A stretch of 64,000 bases of DNA from NCBI GenBank assembly GCA_028023455.1, contig JAQFVV010000007.1, forward strand, positions 11,656,001 through 11,720,000, read 5' to 3'. Shown here one piece after another: positions 50,611 to 64,000 of this stretch (position 1 is the stretch's first letter; the number at the start of each line of letters is the position of its first letter). The notes under the pieces are model-generated. The model was given only the letters and a program-made list of their open reading frames with translations, made no database searches and was not told the origin of the DNA. Both the position numbers and the translations under genes were made by a program. This stretch comes from Epiperipatus broadwayi (Eukaryota; Animalia; Onychophora).

Positions 50611-52199
50611 GTGCCTATCATTTACTTTTATATTATACTATCAAGCTACCCACCAAAATTAAAAACAAATATTTAAATGTTTTCAATCTAAACCAACTTG
50701 CTTGCATAACCATATAGATCTGAAACCAATTCAATTTCTATGTATTATGGTAGCACTAGTTTTTTTTATAACAATAGGTACTTGTATCCTGTGAGCATAG
50801 CATAGTACAAACCAATAAAATAGAACTTGATTACATCACACAACTTCAGATTATTTATAGTAGAATTCTTTTCACAATTTCTATGCACTTTTGTAAGTAG
50901 CAATATTAATTTACTGTAATCTTAGTATGTTTATGTTCCCATATTTGCTATTTCAATAATCTACAGTTTGAAAGCAGTATTCAATAAAAAAGTAGAACTT
51001 TATACATTTGAATTCATACATTTTGTGGGTGCCTTTCTATACAAGCAGCATTACAATACAAATATTAATCAGTTGGTATCTTATTTTTCACAATAAATTC
51101 ACACACAATCTTCATTCAGTTGATGTCTTTTTAGTGTTTATTTATTATAATAGTGTCTTTTTCATATCAACATTATTTTATTTTTGTGTTAATTGTCTTT
51201 GTTGATATGTTACTGTTTATATATTAAAAAGTAAATTGAATGATTGGTATGACTATAGGGTTCAGTATTATTCATGGTTTCAACAATAAACATGATAGTT
51301 TACAAACAAATGTCATAAGTCTGTTAGGAATTACTATAAAATTATTTAATCTCTATGCTTAGATCTTATTTAAATAAGCTGTAACTAGAAAATATTATTC
51401 AATCATTTATACATAAGCTGCAAAATTAAGGTATACAATTTCATCTTCATTTGATTAAGTTGATTTTATATAAATAGATTATATACTTTGAATGTTACAA
51501 AATTCTATGATCTAAAAATATAATGAAATATGCAAGCTTATGTGATTGGTTATTAAAGATGTATTGATATTTATTAATCAAAATTTGATAGCAAATTTTG
51601 AAATCTACATATATAAAGTAGAAGAATATTGGATCATGTGTTTGTCAATCTTATCTGCTATATGTAATTATGTGTTGGCATATTGTGATAAGATTACTTA
51701 AAACAGTATTATTGAATTAGACATTTAGATTTATTTTAGATATATTGGATCATTAGCTAAATATTTTAAAGCTAAATTAAATAAAGTTTATAGTGTAAAA
51801 TGGAATTCTATTTCTGAGAACAATTTATATAATGCAAAATATCTTGATTTAAATTTATGGTAGGAAAATAATAGGTTCAATTTTAGGATGTTTATGAAGC
51901 TCTTATCCTTTAAGGAATTTATATATCTTTTATCAAAAGTTTTATTGTGTGCAAACTGATGGATTTAGAACATTTTTCTTTAGAAATAAAATATTATATA
52001 AATTGTAAAATGATCAGTTATTCAATATAAGTATGACACAACAAAAATTGGCAAACAAGGTGTTGTGTTTAGTCTGGATCACAGACCCAACTTACAGAAA
52101 AATAATACTAACACCCGTATTACGATTAATATAATTTTTATTATATCTACAAATATATATAATATAAGAGAATATATACAATATTGATGTATAGATTAA

Positions 52200-52880
52200 C
52201 ATAAACTCTGGGTTCTGTCTACAGCTTCCAGCTACACCTGATGGCTTACCTCATGGGTAGGGGGTATGACTCTTCTGGCTGTAGAAGACAGCTTGCCTTG
52301 AACCAATAATAGTCTTAGCAGAATCCAGGCTCTGTGGGACTTGTCTAGCTGTGTAGTACAAATAGCATAGTGCTAACAGTGGAAATGCTTGCTGCTATTC
52401 AGGTTAGCAGAGCTTCCCTGGGAGAACATGCACTGTCTTTGTAGTTAGACAGATGTTTTCCCCTGATTCTCACAAAAAGCTGACTATTTATAGCCAGATC
52501 CCTGACCTTATTGAAAACATTTGGATTCAGTGATCATCACCACTTATTGGCCTGTATTAATCATTGGCTGTGTATTTAGTTGTACATCAGCCTATTGGCC
52601 CACAGCAAACATTGGTTAATCTGATCAGATAAGATGGAATCTGCAACAGTCCACTTCTGAGAGAAGGGAAGACTCTAACACAAGGGATATGGATGCACTA
52701 TCACCAGACTATCAATGATATGGATAGCTGAAAAGTTGGAGAGTGAAGAGGACTGAAATCTGTCCATTAAAGTTTGAGGATTTGCTATCTTAATATAACC
52801 CAAGCACTGATTGTATATATATGTGGGAGATGATGATTCAAACCAACTGATGAGTGCTGGTTCAGCATGAAATACATGGA
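52200..52880 (+). repeat. GC-richer unclassified repeat ending in a family C hammerhead motif (52843-52880)
   Basis: CTGATGA-GTGCTG-gtt-CAGCAT-GAAA at 52847-52872; 52780-52880 is similar to 1720-1830. Confidence 0.5.
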
Positions 52881-53029
52881 GATAATTTTTTTTGCATGTA
52901 TGTGTTCATGTGTATTTGTTGTATAAGATGGAGTGGATGACTAAAAGGAGCTTAAAATACAGGTTTCAAGTCTCCCCCCAAATTTCAACATAGTTATATA
53001 TTCATGAATTATTAAATGTAAGGTATAAA

Positions 53030-54260
53030 ATATTTTAGATACATGATATATATTTGTACAAAGATGGAGATAGAGAAGAAGTAAAGAAAAAATACACTTT
53101 TCTCATTTTAATATTGCATTTAATGTAGGACTAAATACTGATGGAGCAAATATTAAATGAATGATGGCACTGATGAAATTAAAAGTATTACATTATGTAT
53201 AAAGTGATTTTAAGTATGAATCAATTGATGATGTAATTATATGAATAGATTTTAATCTCCAATTGCAGTAGAATCATTTATTTGCAAAGAAAAGTTTTGA
53301 TAATGTTTTTCTTTGCACGTGGCAAATGTTATGTAAAATTGTAATATCAAAGATGCATAAGTAATTTATCAAATATGCAAGATAATTGTGCAAAAATACA
53401 CATCATGTGGAATATTGCCTGTTCACATGGAAATGTTAAAATTCATAATGTAACATTTAATAAACATTTCCTTATTTACTTTTCACAATAAAATAGTGTT
53501 TAGTTATTAACATTGAAAGTTAAGAGATGCTCTGATGAAGTCTTTTGTTAGATAAAACAGTAAGGACATATCATCAAGGACTAAATAAAAAATATTGCAT
53601 TGTAAAAAAGTGAATAAAGAAAGGTATATTAAATGATTTGATATAAATATATAACATCAGTGCATAAAGGATCAAGAAGTGATGCTAATATTATGTCATT
53701 TGTAAACTTTGATTTTTAACTTACACAATAAGTGAGATTAAAGTACTCAATCAGAGAAAGTGCTTTTTGAAGTTAGCTTATTATTGTGCTTATATTGCCA
53801 TCTGTTGAGCTGTTTTACTTTTAAAAAAATCAGCAACATTGTGAACTAATGGATAGATTTATTGATTTAAAAAATCAGAAAATGCTAGTATTTTTGAAAA
53901 GGCAGCAAAGTCAAAGTATTTTAATTTAACTCCATATGTTTGATAAATTTGTTTTTTTTTTGTAATCCAATTTTGAGACTATTTGTGAGATTACTTCAAG
54001 ACAATTTTTGGAATAATAAAAAAACTTGATTTTTGATAGTTTATTAAAGGTTCATAATTATTTTTACACAATAATTATACCATAATTATTAAAAAACAAA
54101 AGTGTACATGTTACACTTTTATTTTATACTTGTATGTTTTATTTTTGAAAATAGAAGTAAACAAATTCTACTCAAATACAAAAAAAAAATTATGACCGAT
54201 AATAATGACCATATCTTGCAAAACTGTCTTTATAATTAACAATACTGTGATGTGATTTTT
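53030..54260 (+). mobile_element. Possible very old hAT (Buster/Charlie-like) transposase remnant
   Basis: Scattered by-eye matches only: TDGANI (~53135), a VR...KVL-like segment (~53730) and TISCKTVF resembling TYLCExGF (~54210). Confidence 0.3.
53532..53562 (+). ncRNA. Degenerate hammerhead-like motif
   Basis: CTGATGA-A-GTC-ttttgtta-GAT-AAAA-CAG-TA. Confidence 0.35.
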
Positions 54261-55737
54261 TAAGATAATTTAAAAATTATAATGCAATTTTAATATTTTA
54301 ACTTGCAACAGTTACAACTGGTATGTGATACTGGAATAAATGTTTAAATGCCTTAATTTTATATATTTTTTTAAAATTTAACTGGTGTTTATTCCAGTAT
54401 CTTCCTAGGTATATTTTTATTTTGCAAAAATCAAATTTGTTTCCATTTTGCTCCTATAATACAAGTTTATAATCTTTTTTATCAGTATCTCATATTGTTT
54501 GTTTTCTAAATTGTCACTATCGTTTTTCTACTTTTTTAACACAAATACTATAATAACTATTGTAAATAATGTATAATAATCATAAGGAAATTTATTTCAT
54601 TATAATAATTGATAGTAAGAAAATAATCAATTTTTGTTAGATGCAATCAATTGATTATCTTTTCTTGTTTGTGATTTTAGAATTATATTTTAATATCTAA
54701 TACAAATAATGCTTTTAATAAAAATAATCCAATTTGCAATGATAATTATATAAAACAAATCCTCTTTTAAGAGATGGTGTTATAAAACCATTTTTTAGAC
54801 AATATTGGTTAAAGCAGACTTTTATAGATTATTCAGAGCTTTATAAGGTTCATTCCTATTTTAAAAATACTTATCAGTCTACATTGATTTTTTTGGAATC
54901 CATTACTTGATTATTTGTCTGCCCATCCCCGAATGATGAAAACATTCTTTGTTCTGATTATGTACTCTATTATTATTATTTCAATACTTGAAAATTTTAA
55001 ATATGATTTTTTAGAATGCTTTATTTTTGTTTACAAATGTCTTATTTCTAACAAATTAAGTTCAATATATTGATTTTTTATACATTGTAATGGTTTAATC
55101 CTAAAATCAAATGTTGAAGGATTACAAAAAATATCATCAGAAAGAACAGTTTAAATGTTATCGCATGGAAGTGGTAATTTGACTATAAATGCTACTTTAA
55201 GATGGCATACATATAGCTGTTATTTGTTTATATGTTATTATATTGAAAAATGTAGCATTATTTTCAGTATTTATTATATATATATATAAACAATATAATG
55301 TATATCAAACTATAATAAATATATACATATTTTTTTTCTCATGTGTCATAGCATCAGTCGGGAAGCGAACAGCTAACCTGGTACAACTGTTGTAAAGCTG
55401 CTGTTGCTGACCTCTCGACCACCAATGCTTAACAAATATATACAAAATTTGCATGCATATTAAAATATAATAAACATGTAGTAAAAAATATAAATTACTT
55501 TATTTTTATCATATAATTCTTTATTTCTGTTTGAAATCTAAATTATTATAAAAAACCTGGCTGCCTTCAACATTAGTTGCTTAGAATAAATACTTAATGA
55601 TATTCGAGTTTTGATTTAGAAGCCTAAACTCTTTATTTTATTTTTCTGTACTATTGCAACTAAATCACACACAAGTTTAACATCCATTGTGAATTATTCC
55701 TTATTAACATAATTTTTATATCTATTATCGGACAGTA

Positions 55738-55850
55738 GTCAAGCGTTGTTAGTCGAGAGGTCAGCGCAACCGCCTTGCAAGCAAGCAGTTGGTTGCAGAT
55801 GGTTGTTGCGGGTTCGCCTCCCGGCCGATGCTATGACAATAGGAAAAAAA
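55738..55850 (+). mobile_element. Young tRNA-Gly-derived SINE (subfamily 2) with 14-bp TSD
   Basis: GTCGAGAGGTCAGCGC and GCGGGTTCGC.TCCCGGCCGATGCTATGACA are shared with 40277-40385. TSD ATTATCGGACAGTA at 55724-55737 and 55851-55864. Confidence 0.9.
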
Positions 55851-57093
55851 ATTATCGGACAGTAAACACTTGTGTGTGGGTGTACACATGCATATATGTG
55901 AGAGGTATAACCATCTTTATTAAGATAACTTTATCTATTGTTAAATAATTTACATATTTAGCAGTATTTATATTTACTTCTTAAAAATATGCATTTAAAC
56001 TGCTATATATATATATACATTATATTTAAACACACATTTGTTAAATGTACTGATTCGTATACTGCATATATATATAATTTCGGGTCAACATAAATCTCAT
56101 TTTTTTCATTTGGAGCAAAAAAGTGTCTGCATATTCAGATTTAATAAATAGATTTTATTAGATTAAAATTACATATAGAGGACATACAGAACCTCTTTCC
56201 CTTTTTTTATTTTCGCTCCCTACATGAGAAACTTGTTCCCTCTCATTTAGAGCTCGATCTTATAGTAAATATGCATTTCGTCTGCTTATAATTTTTTGTA
56301 CTTTTATATAGCCCTTAATATATATATCCCCACATACTTTTTTTTTCTAATTATATATAGATACTTATAATTATATACATGAGATTATCACAGAAAAAAT
56401 AGAAAATCTGTCTTCTATAAAATGAATGTTTCTGTGTTTCAAAATTGGATTGTTGATCAGTTTCGAAGAAACAATAATTATTACGATAGTTCAGGTGATT
56501 TGAAATGAATAAACTGAGACCTAAAGGAGCAAGTGGTTCCCAGCGTTAGTCTGACACGAAAGACACTTCTGCTTTGGTCCGATCAGTTCGTATCAGCTCA
56601 TCACATCTTGCTAGAGATGGTCTTTGACTTGCAGTTTTTAGACGTTGGGTGTGAATTAGCGCTAACTTAGAGTAATTATAATTTGCTGGTTGATGATTAA
56701 GAACTGAAGCTGCGCAAAGTGAAGTCTCTTCAGCACAGCTCAAGTAGCTTACTTGTACTTCTTTCTCTTTGCTTCTGCAGGTCAATTAGATGTAGAGCTG
56801 ACCCAAAAACCGTTCCCATAGAAACGCACTAAAGAATTTTTAACATTTCTAGAGCTGCTTGTAGTTTTCAAATGTACATAGGAATTAATTTAGAAAGAAG
56901 GAGTGAAGAAATACATTTTAAAAAATGGGTATAAGTATTTTTGGAATCGCTGTATTTTTTTTTTTTAATGGATAAAACCTTATCATAAATGTATAAATAT
57001 ATTCACAAATGTTTATAAATATATATTTGTTTTGATAGATAAAGCATCTTCATAAATATATAAATACGGACATACGCTTATCAGGTTTAGATG

Positions 57094-57153
57094 GTTTTGG
57101 TGGCTTAGCGGTTAGCGGGTTTGCTTTCCGGTCAACGCATTTGACATATGAAA
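57094..57153 (+). mobile_element. Internally deleted tRNA-Gly SINE (subfamily 1)
   Basis: TTGGTGGCTTAGCGGTTAGC joined directly to GGGTTTGCTTTCCGGTCAACGCA-TTTGACATATG-A13; the anticodon arm is missing. Confidence 0.75.
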
Positions 57154-58139
57154 AAAAAAAAAAGACTAATTTTTTTTTCAAATGAACTAAATTAGCTTGT
57201 TACAAAACTATTCGCCAACTACGTGACATAATTTAATCTTTCAACACAATCATGTTTTTTTTTTTTTTTGAGCATTGAGTTTATCGGTTTGAAAAATAAT
57301 TATGGAAGGTTCTCGTAACATAAAGGTTAATATATTTGTTTGCCACTGAAGTTCAAATCCTAGTTAGGAAAAAGTAGATTTTTTTTCAGTTTCTGGTCTG
57401 GCTTAGATTTTTTTTTTTCTAAAGCCTACGTAACTACCCATATAACATTGATCTGCAAATGGATAGTCAGCTATTTTTGGAAAGAAGGCGAAACAAGATC
57501 GAAAAGTCGCTCAAACTATCAAGATCTGATAATTAAAAGAGTATTATGATTAATATATCTTTTCGATCATCATTTCTTTATCAATCGTAGTTTAAATTAT
57601 TTTGGCCCAAGAATTGGCTATTTGAAGACAGTTATACTGCTAGTAATAAACATATTTGATATTATGTAAGGTTTTAAATACCATTTTAAATATAGTGTAT
57701 TAATGAACATATTTTCTAGTAATAATTAAGTCCTTGGACTATAAAAGCTGGCAGGAAAATGTATAATTTGGTAGTCTAGTTATGTAGGTAAGGGTTTTAT
57801 GGTGTGTTATCTAACACAGTCCCCTCTAGCAATATGTTTAGAGTTTAAAACAGGACCAGTGAGCCTGGAATTATTTTCAGATCACAAGCATAGCCAACTA
57901 CTTATGGGCAAAAAGCTCATGATTAATATTTAAATGTTTATTCCATCACACTTATTTTGTTTGTTTACACAAATTATTCAAAAAATAGAATTTCAAAGTT
58001 GTTACCTGACTTTTGTCAATCAGGAGCAAACATTTTGTAAAGAATCTTGTAAATAATGATTTAGTTTTAGCCATTCAGAACATAAGATTTGAATATGAGT
58101 GGAATATAGAAATGTTTTAAAAAGTAGAGCATGTAGGAA

Positions 58140-58680
58140 TTATTTCTGATAACTGGCTGAGAATGGGGATCAATTTTATACAGAGTTTTTAAATGTTTCC
58201 TCTTGTGATATTGGCATTTGTCAATAAAACTTGTTAGAGCTATTAGCACACTCTTTAATTTAATTTATTATTACAAGTTTATCAAATTAAGTCACTAATG
58301 TATGACTATTTCATTTACTATTATAGTTTTGCTTTTAAGTTCTTAAGAGATGTTATATTGCTAAGGCTATTAATATATGGTATGGCTGAAGATTTTTCAG
58401 CCCCATATAGCTATTTAAATTAGTTAGCTGGATTTAAAGACATATAGGTGTCAGAAAATTTCATATTTTCTTCTTAAAAGTTAACTATCAGATAAGTGTT
58501 GGCTTTGAATTGGTATTTTGTATCTAGTATCTGAAATATTCTAGTGTCTCACTGAGAAAATCCAAATGCTCGAAACTGGGCTGAGGATGGGGATAATTTT
58601 TAGATAGAGATTTTAAATGCTTTTTTTGTGGCATTGTCATTTATTGTTAGAGCTATTAGCATGCTCTTTATTTTAATATA
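58140..58680 (+). repeat. Two same-orientation family D arms (58140-58262; 58547-58675 with degenerate HHR)
   Basis: TTGTTAGAGCTATTAGCA..CTCTTTA tail matches 44830-44860. CTCA-CTGAGAA...CGAAA-CTGG-GC-TGAGG at 58547-58586. Confidence 0.6.
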
Positions 58681-60039
58681 CACATCAAATTATTGAAAGA
58701 TGATTTAATATCTACATATGTTTCATTAGAACATTAGATACAAAAGTTAAGTCAGAAACATCTCTCTGACATATATATATTAAGTAGCTTAGTGAAGACT
58801 ATTTTCCTGTTATATTTCTTAGGAGAATTACTAAAATTATACATGTATTATTATAAATAATTTAAGACTGTTCTGCCATTACTATAAATTTAAATATATA
58901 TAAATTATCATTGCAAGATAAATATATATAATAACAAATTCTGTATTTATATTCCCTACACTGGCTTATTAAGTAAATGTTAATAATGTCAACACAAAGC
59001 ACAATATAAATGTTTTTAAGAGAAAAGAACAGAAAATCTTATCTCTTTTATCTAAAATTATTTGTATAAGCAAATCTGAGGCACTTTAGAAAAACAGTGT
59101 AAAGATTTTTATCTTTCTTATAGCATTACTAAATCAGTATAATATTAATATCACTTATGTTCTTTATTACAGATTTGGAAATATAAGTAGAAGTTCTGAA
59201 GAAGATTGCTGGGGTAATCAAAACTATCAATAGTGGGTTGTAAAAAAAAGCATTTTAAAAAGTAATAAAAAACATAGATGATATTAATATTAAAACACGA
59301 AGATCTTAAATTCATCATATTACTTGTTTTAAGCTATATTTAAAGCAGCTCTATGCTAATTTAGTTGATATATATGACATTCTCTTAAAATGTTTTATCT
59401 TGTGCTATAGATACAGAATAATTAATTTATTTGCTTAGTAAACCAAAGTTGGGGTGTTAATCTAGTTTATTATATAATATTAACCACTGGGGAAAATATA
59501 TATTTACATATTTCATTATTTGATTTGATATTGACAAGCTGTAAATTGAAAAACTTCACAAATGACAATTAAAGTAATATTAAGCTATTGGAAATATAGT
59601 TTTAAAGAAAAATGATTAATTTAAGATCTTCATACTTTTTTAAGTGCTTTACATTTGCCTATATAAATGAATTTAAGTAAACAGATAAGATAGTCCATTC
59701 ATTTTTCTTAAAATGTTTTATTTTGTACTTTGGATTGAGAGTATTCCATTTACTTAATAAACTAGTGTTGAGGTGTAATATAGTTTATTACATGATATTA
59801 ATTGCTGGGAAAAGTGCATATATATATATATATTAAAATGAATGTAATGTCCTGTGAAAGGTTGAATTAGACCCCATATAAATAAGGCTGTGCTTTCTTC
59901 TGGTTGTAATGTTTTTACTCTTGTTTTAAACAGTTATAGATTTACTAACTCTTATATACATGCTAATGCAAATATTTATTTTGTGTTGGCTGAGCAATCT
60001 GGTAAAGTAGTGTTGGAGTTAAAATAATGTATTTGTTTA

Positions 60040-60235
60040 TTATCATCATCACCATAATTTTCAAACCATTATTGATTTTCTAATCTGGTTTCTCCAGTCT
60101 GATCTTTTTTTACTTACATCAGAATTTTTTATTTTATCCATTCACTTCAAATGAGATCTGTTTCTAAGACTATTACAATCTCTTGTAATCCAGTTTAAGA
60201 TTTCAACTATCTATCTACAATCATCTCTTCTACTC
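60040..60235 (-). mobile_element. RTE-type LINE 3' fragment with (GAT)n tail
   Basis: CCAGTTTAAGATTTCAA..(A/G)TC.ATCTA is shared with 29760-29790; ATCATCATC tail. Confidence 0.6.
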
Positions 60236-61227
60236 ATACACAAATGATTAAATAGATTAATATCACTCAATCTTTTGGACTCCACTCACTCTTTTGAATT
60301 CCATGTACTACCCTTTACAAAACTTTTGAACATCATAATAAAATGTACTAGGTAAATAAGAAAAATATTTTATATTTTTAGTAATCAAAATATAATTATT
60401 ATAATAACAGTAAAATATTTAATTTATTTAGAAAGAAAACATTTTACATAAAAAAAAAAACGTTTTATGAAAACAATAAAAATATTATAAAAAAACTTTT
60501 TAATTAAAATTAATAAGAATCTCAAGGTTGTTTTGCAAAACACAATTTTTTAATACCATGCTCTATATTATTTAGTTTTAAATATAAATTATCTCAATTA
60601 TTAATTTTGTTCTCTGTTTGCTTTTTAAATATAACATTGTGTAAAATCTCTTTTCACAAAAATTGCTCATGCAGAATGATATGAAACTTTTATAACTTTA
60701 TCTGCAATTTCTTTAAAATCGTTCTTTCTCTGAATTTACAAGTGTATTATTTTTAAAATCCTCCATAGTCTTACTTTCTTTTTTTCAATACCAGTTTTAC
60801 ATTATTTGAAAATGTTTAAATATAATTTTTCAAAACTAGTTGATCCTTTGAATATTATCTGAACGTCTATTGCAGACCATAAATTGAGAATCGCTGAAAT
60901 AGATAAAATATCTTCATATTTATAAATCAATTTTATTACTTAATAGTTATGCAATTTTAAAGATTGCAATCAGCTGCAAATATTTTTTTCTTCATTTTTT
61001 GTTTACATTTGATGTTTGTATTTATTCAAAGCAATATATGTTATTATATAATTCACGTGTTAATTGACAAAGATTACGAGGATAGTTGAAAGCACTCCTA
61101 AGTGGATAAAATTTTTAAAGTTATACTTTACATATATTTGATTACTATATTTATAAATATTCAATTATATATATGTCATAATATTATTTCCAGGAATTTC
61201 TGTGCAATAAAAATATAATTGGTAAAT

Positions 61228-62002
61228 AACTGATGTTTCAGTACAATAACAAGTACTGTCCTCAGAACTTCTTTCTCAAATCATAAGAATGTGTGTGGTG
61301 AGATTTAAAATTGCTATTTTTATCTTTTGTTATTTTCTCCCCATTCTTAAATTCTATTGGTTGAAAAGTTTAAAAAAATATTTTATCCTCCAATAGCTTT
61401 TTCCAAATATTATTCATTTTCTTTAATTCACACTTTTTATTTATGCTCTTAGGCCTTTTAAAAATTTCTATAACTTCCCTTAGTAATCTCTGGTTATATT
61501 GTTCATTTTTTTCCAGAATGTGTTTATTAAAATTGATGTCATGGTTAGTTAATGTAATGTATGAATAAATGACTGATGAATTAGATTTTTCTCTAACTAC
61601 AAAAATGTAATCTTCCTTTCTTATGTGGAGTTTGTTTACATTTGTACATTAGACAGACCAATTGTAGAATAAACATAAGAAAGGAGGAACACATTTTGGC
61701 AGTTATGGAAAAATCTAATTAATTAGCCATTAATTCATACATTAAATCAACACACCATGACATCACTTTTAATAAAACACATATTCTGGCAAAAAATAAA
61801 CAATATGACTAGAGACTACTAAGGGAATGTATAGAGATTTTTGAAAGGCCTAAGAGCATAAATAAAAAGTGTGCATTAAAAAAAATAATATTTGAATAAA
61901 GCTATTGGAGGATAAATTATTTTTTGAAAACTTCTCAACCAATAAAATTTAAAAATAAGGAAAAAATAAAAAAAAAAAATAAAGATTTTAAATCTCACCA
62001 CA
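61228..62002. mobile_element. Head-to-head PLE 3'-end pair (GIY-YIG C-terminal remnant) with hammerhead on the longer arm
   Basis: Arms 61294-61626 and 61673-62002 are homologous to 18850-19190. HHR 61228-61270 (-): CTGAGGA-C-AGTAC-ttgttatt-GTACT-GAA-ACAT-C. Confidence 0.75.
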
Positions 62003-64000
62003 TTACTTAGTTACTTTTATATATTTTCTTAAATGCTACAAGTAGGAGATGTGGTGCTACAATACTTTCTTCCCCCTCATTTTTAATGAAATGTAATAGA
62101 ATTAGAAAATACTAATAGTTAAAAAATGTACACATTTCAGTAGTGGGGTTTCCCATTTCCAATCCTATTCTTAGTGTATATAATTATTATATTTTACATT
62201 TTGACATGTTTGAATAGCATTTATAAAGATAGTTCATTAAAGTTTGTTTTAAGATTTGTGATGACAGTATTTAAATAGTAATTATAAACTGGACTAAGTA
62301 CACTATTAATATTCAATGATGAAAATATTCCTACATATAATTATTAATAGATGGTTAATACTGAAGATTTTATTGTTTTATGGTATTGGGTTTCTCAGTA
62401 TATAAACAATTTTAAATAATTAACCACTTCAGCAAAGAATATCAAAAAGTGTCATTAATGTTGTACTCAGCTATTAATTGGCAAAACTCAAAATATTTAA
62501 TTATTTTCTAGTAGTTTATCTGCATTTGTTATACTAATATATAAAAAAACAATACCAATATTTTCTTCTGTATACACAACGCAGTATGATACAATTTTTC
62601 ATTTTATTTAAATTTCCACAATAGCTGATAGTTTCAACTGTTCAACAGTCTTCCTCAGAGATTTTTTTATTGCTTCAACATTTTAAATAATGAAAAAAAG
62701 TATGAGGAAGACTACTTAACATTTTAAAGATTGTCAGCCTTTTTGGAAATTTTAATAAAATAAAATATTGTATTTTACTGTGTTGTGACCATGAATGTAT
62801 GTTCAGATGTTTTTATATTGATAAAGTGTTATGGTGTTTCCTCCTGCTTTATTCTCTAGCTAAAAATAATTAAATACACTTTTATTAACTTAGAATTGTG
62901 CAGCTAATTTTCTTGGCTACAGAACAATCAAATAAAAAGGTTTTAAGTATTTTTGGAATCTTGTAATGAATTGCTTCAGTAACCTGAAAACATTTGTATA
63001 GACATGACAAAATAGTTCTTCAGCAATCTTTAACAATATATTCATATATTTAAACTCATTTTGTGGTAAAAATTTAGTACTGATTTATTATCTTTAAAGA
63101 AATTTGAAAACGATAATACTCCACAGAATATTGTAACAAAAAACCCGTAAAAAGTGCCAATTAGGACTTTTAACAGATCCAATTAGATGATTCCTTGGTT
63201 TTGGGAATATCAACTGTTATTTATGATCAGGAAATGAATAGCATTATTTCTATTATTAATTTAAATGATTATGATTAATTTTACAAAATATTTATGTAAT
63301 AATTATTAAAATTATATATATTTACATTTAGTTTTTTTTTTTTTTAAATGTTTTATTTTTAAAAATAGAACTAAAGAAAATCAAAGTAATGATAAAAAGA
63401 ATATTATATTAACTCCGTAATGTCAAGTGTTGTCCGAGATCACAATACAGAATATTTATATTCTAATGATTATAATTGCAATTTCAGATTTAATAGCAGA
63501 ATTTCATAAGATTATCATAACGTAACAATAATTTGTTCTGATTTTACAAATCAATTTCAAATAACAAATAGCTGATTAATTTACTTTGAAGAATAATATT
63601 AAACGACCGTCCAATAAAAGGAAATTTCTATTTTTCATATTTTTTAGATATAAATATGAACTTTTGTTATTTTTTCATTTATAAACTTATATTTCTAACA
63701 AATCAAGTCTGAAATCTTTTATAAAATAAAGATTTAAATATTAAAATCAATTGTTGAATATTGCCAAAAGTGTAATGAGGGAAAGCAATAAAAATGTCAC
63801 CATACCAAAGGATTATTTTTTCCAAAAAAATTAATGATTAATTCAAAGTCCAGATTAATATCATGGCGAATGGGTAAGCTTGCTATTATAATGCAAAGCT
63901 TCACTTATTTTTTTAGATATAAATATTATACAATGGTTGATTTCTATGTCTGGGATGTTTAAGGACTAAAATGACAAGTTGAACTTTTATTTTTTCAGTC

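Noticed and set aside
56520-56604. C/D box snoRNA on the minus strand (GTGATGA)
   Set aside because: No convincing terminal stem or well-placed D box could be identified.
57495-57512. Third adapter remnant (AGATCGAAAAGTCGC)
   Set aside because: Only about 10/16 identity, so probably chance.

Overview
Very AT-rich, largely CpG-depleted eukaryotic DNA, probably from an invertebrate animal (inference; the taxon cannot be determined). I could not confidently identify any host protein-coding gene. The window is mostly transposon debris: RTE-type and L1/Tx1-type LINE remnants, tRNA-Gly-derived SINEs, MITE-like foldbacks, microsatellites and many Penelope-like element (PLE) derivatives. The main feature is a ~4.76-kb head-to-head PLE palindrome (1964-6724; RT + GIY-YIG on both arms) flanked by a 13-bp direct repeat. 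The 3' end of each arm carries a tRNA-like Pol III A/B-box head directly followed by a minimal hammerhead ribozyme (HHR) and a ~42-bp minisatellite. A related tRNA-head+HHR module recurs as a non-autonomous family (5 copies). Other HHR families form small head-to-head double-hammerhead foldbacks, for roughly 18-19 HHR-like motifs in 64 kb (counted by eye, many degenerate). Two Illumina adapter remnants (2644-2671, 39444-39462) show that the assembly is locally contaminated. One of them creates the only frameshift in the left PLE arm. All alignments and folds were done by eye, and coordinates of degraded repeats are approximate.
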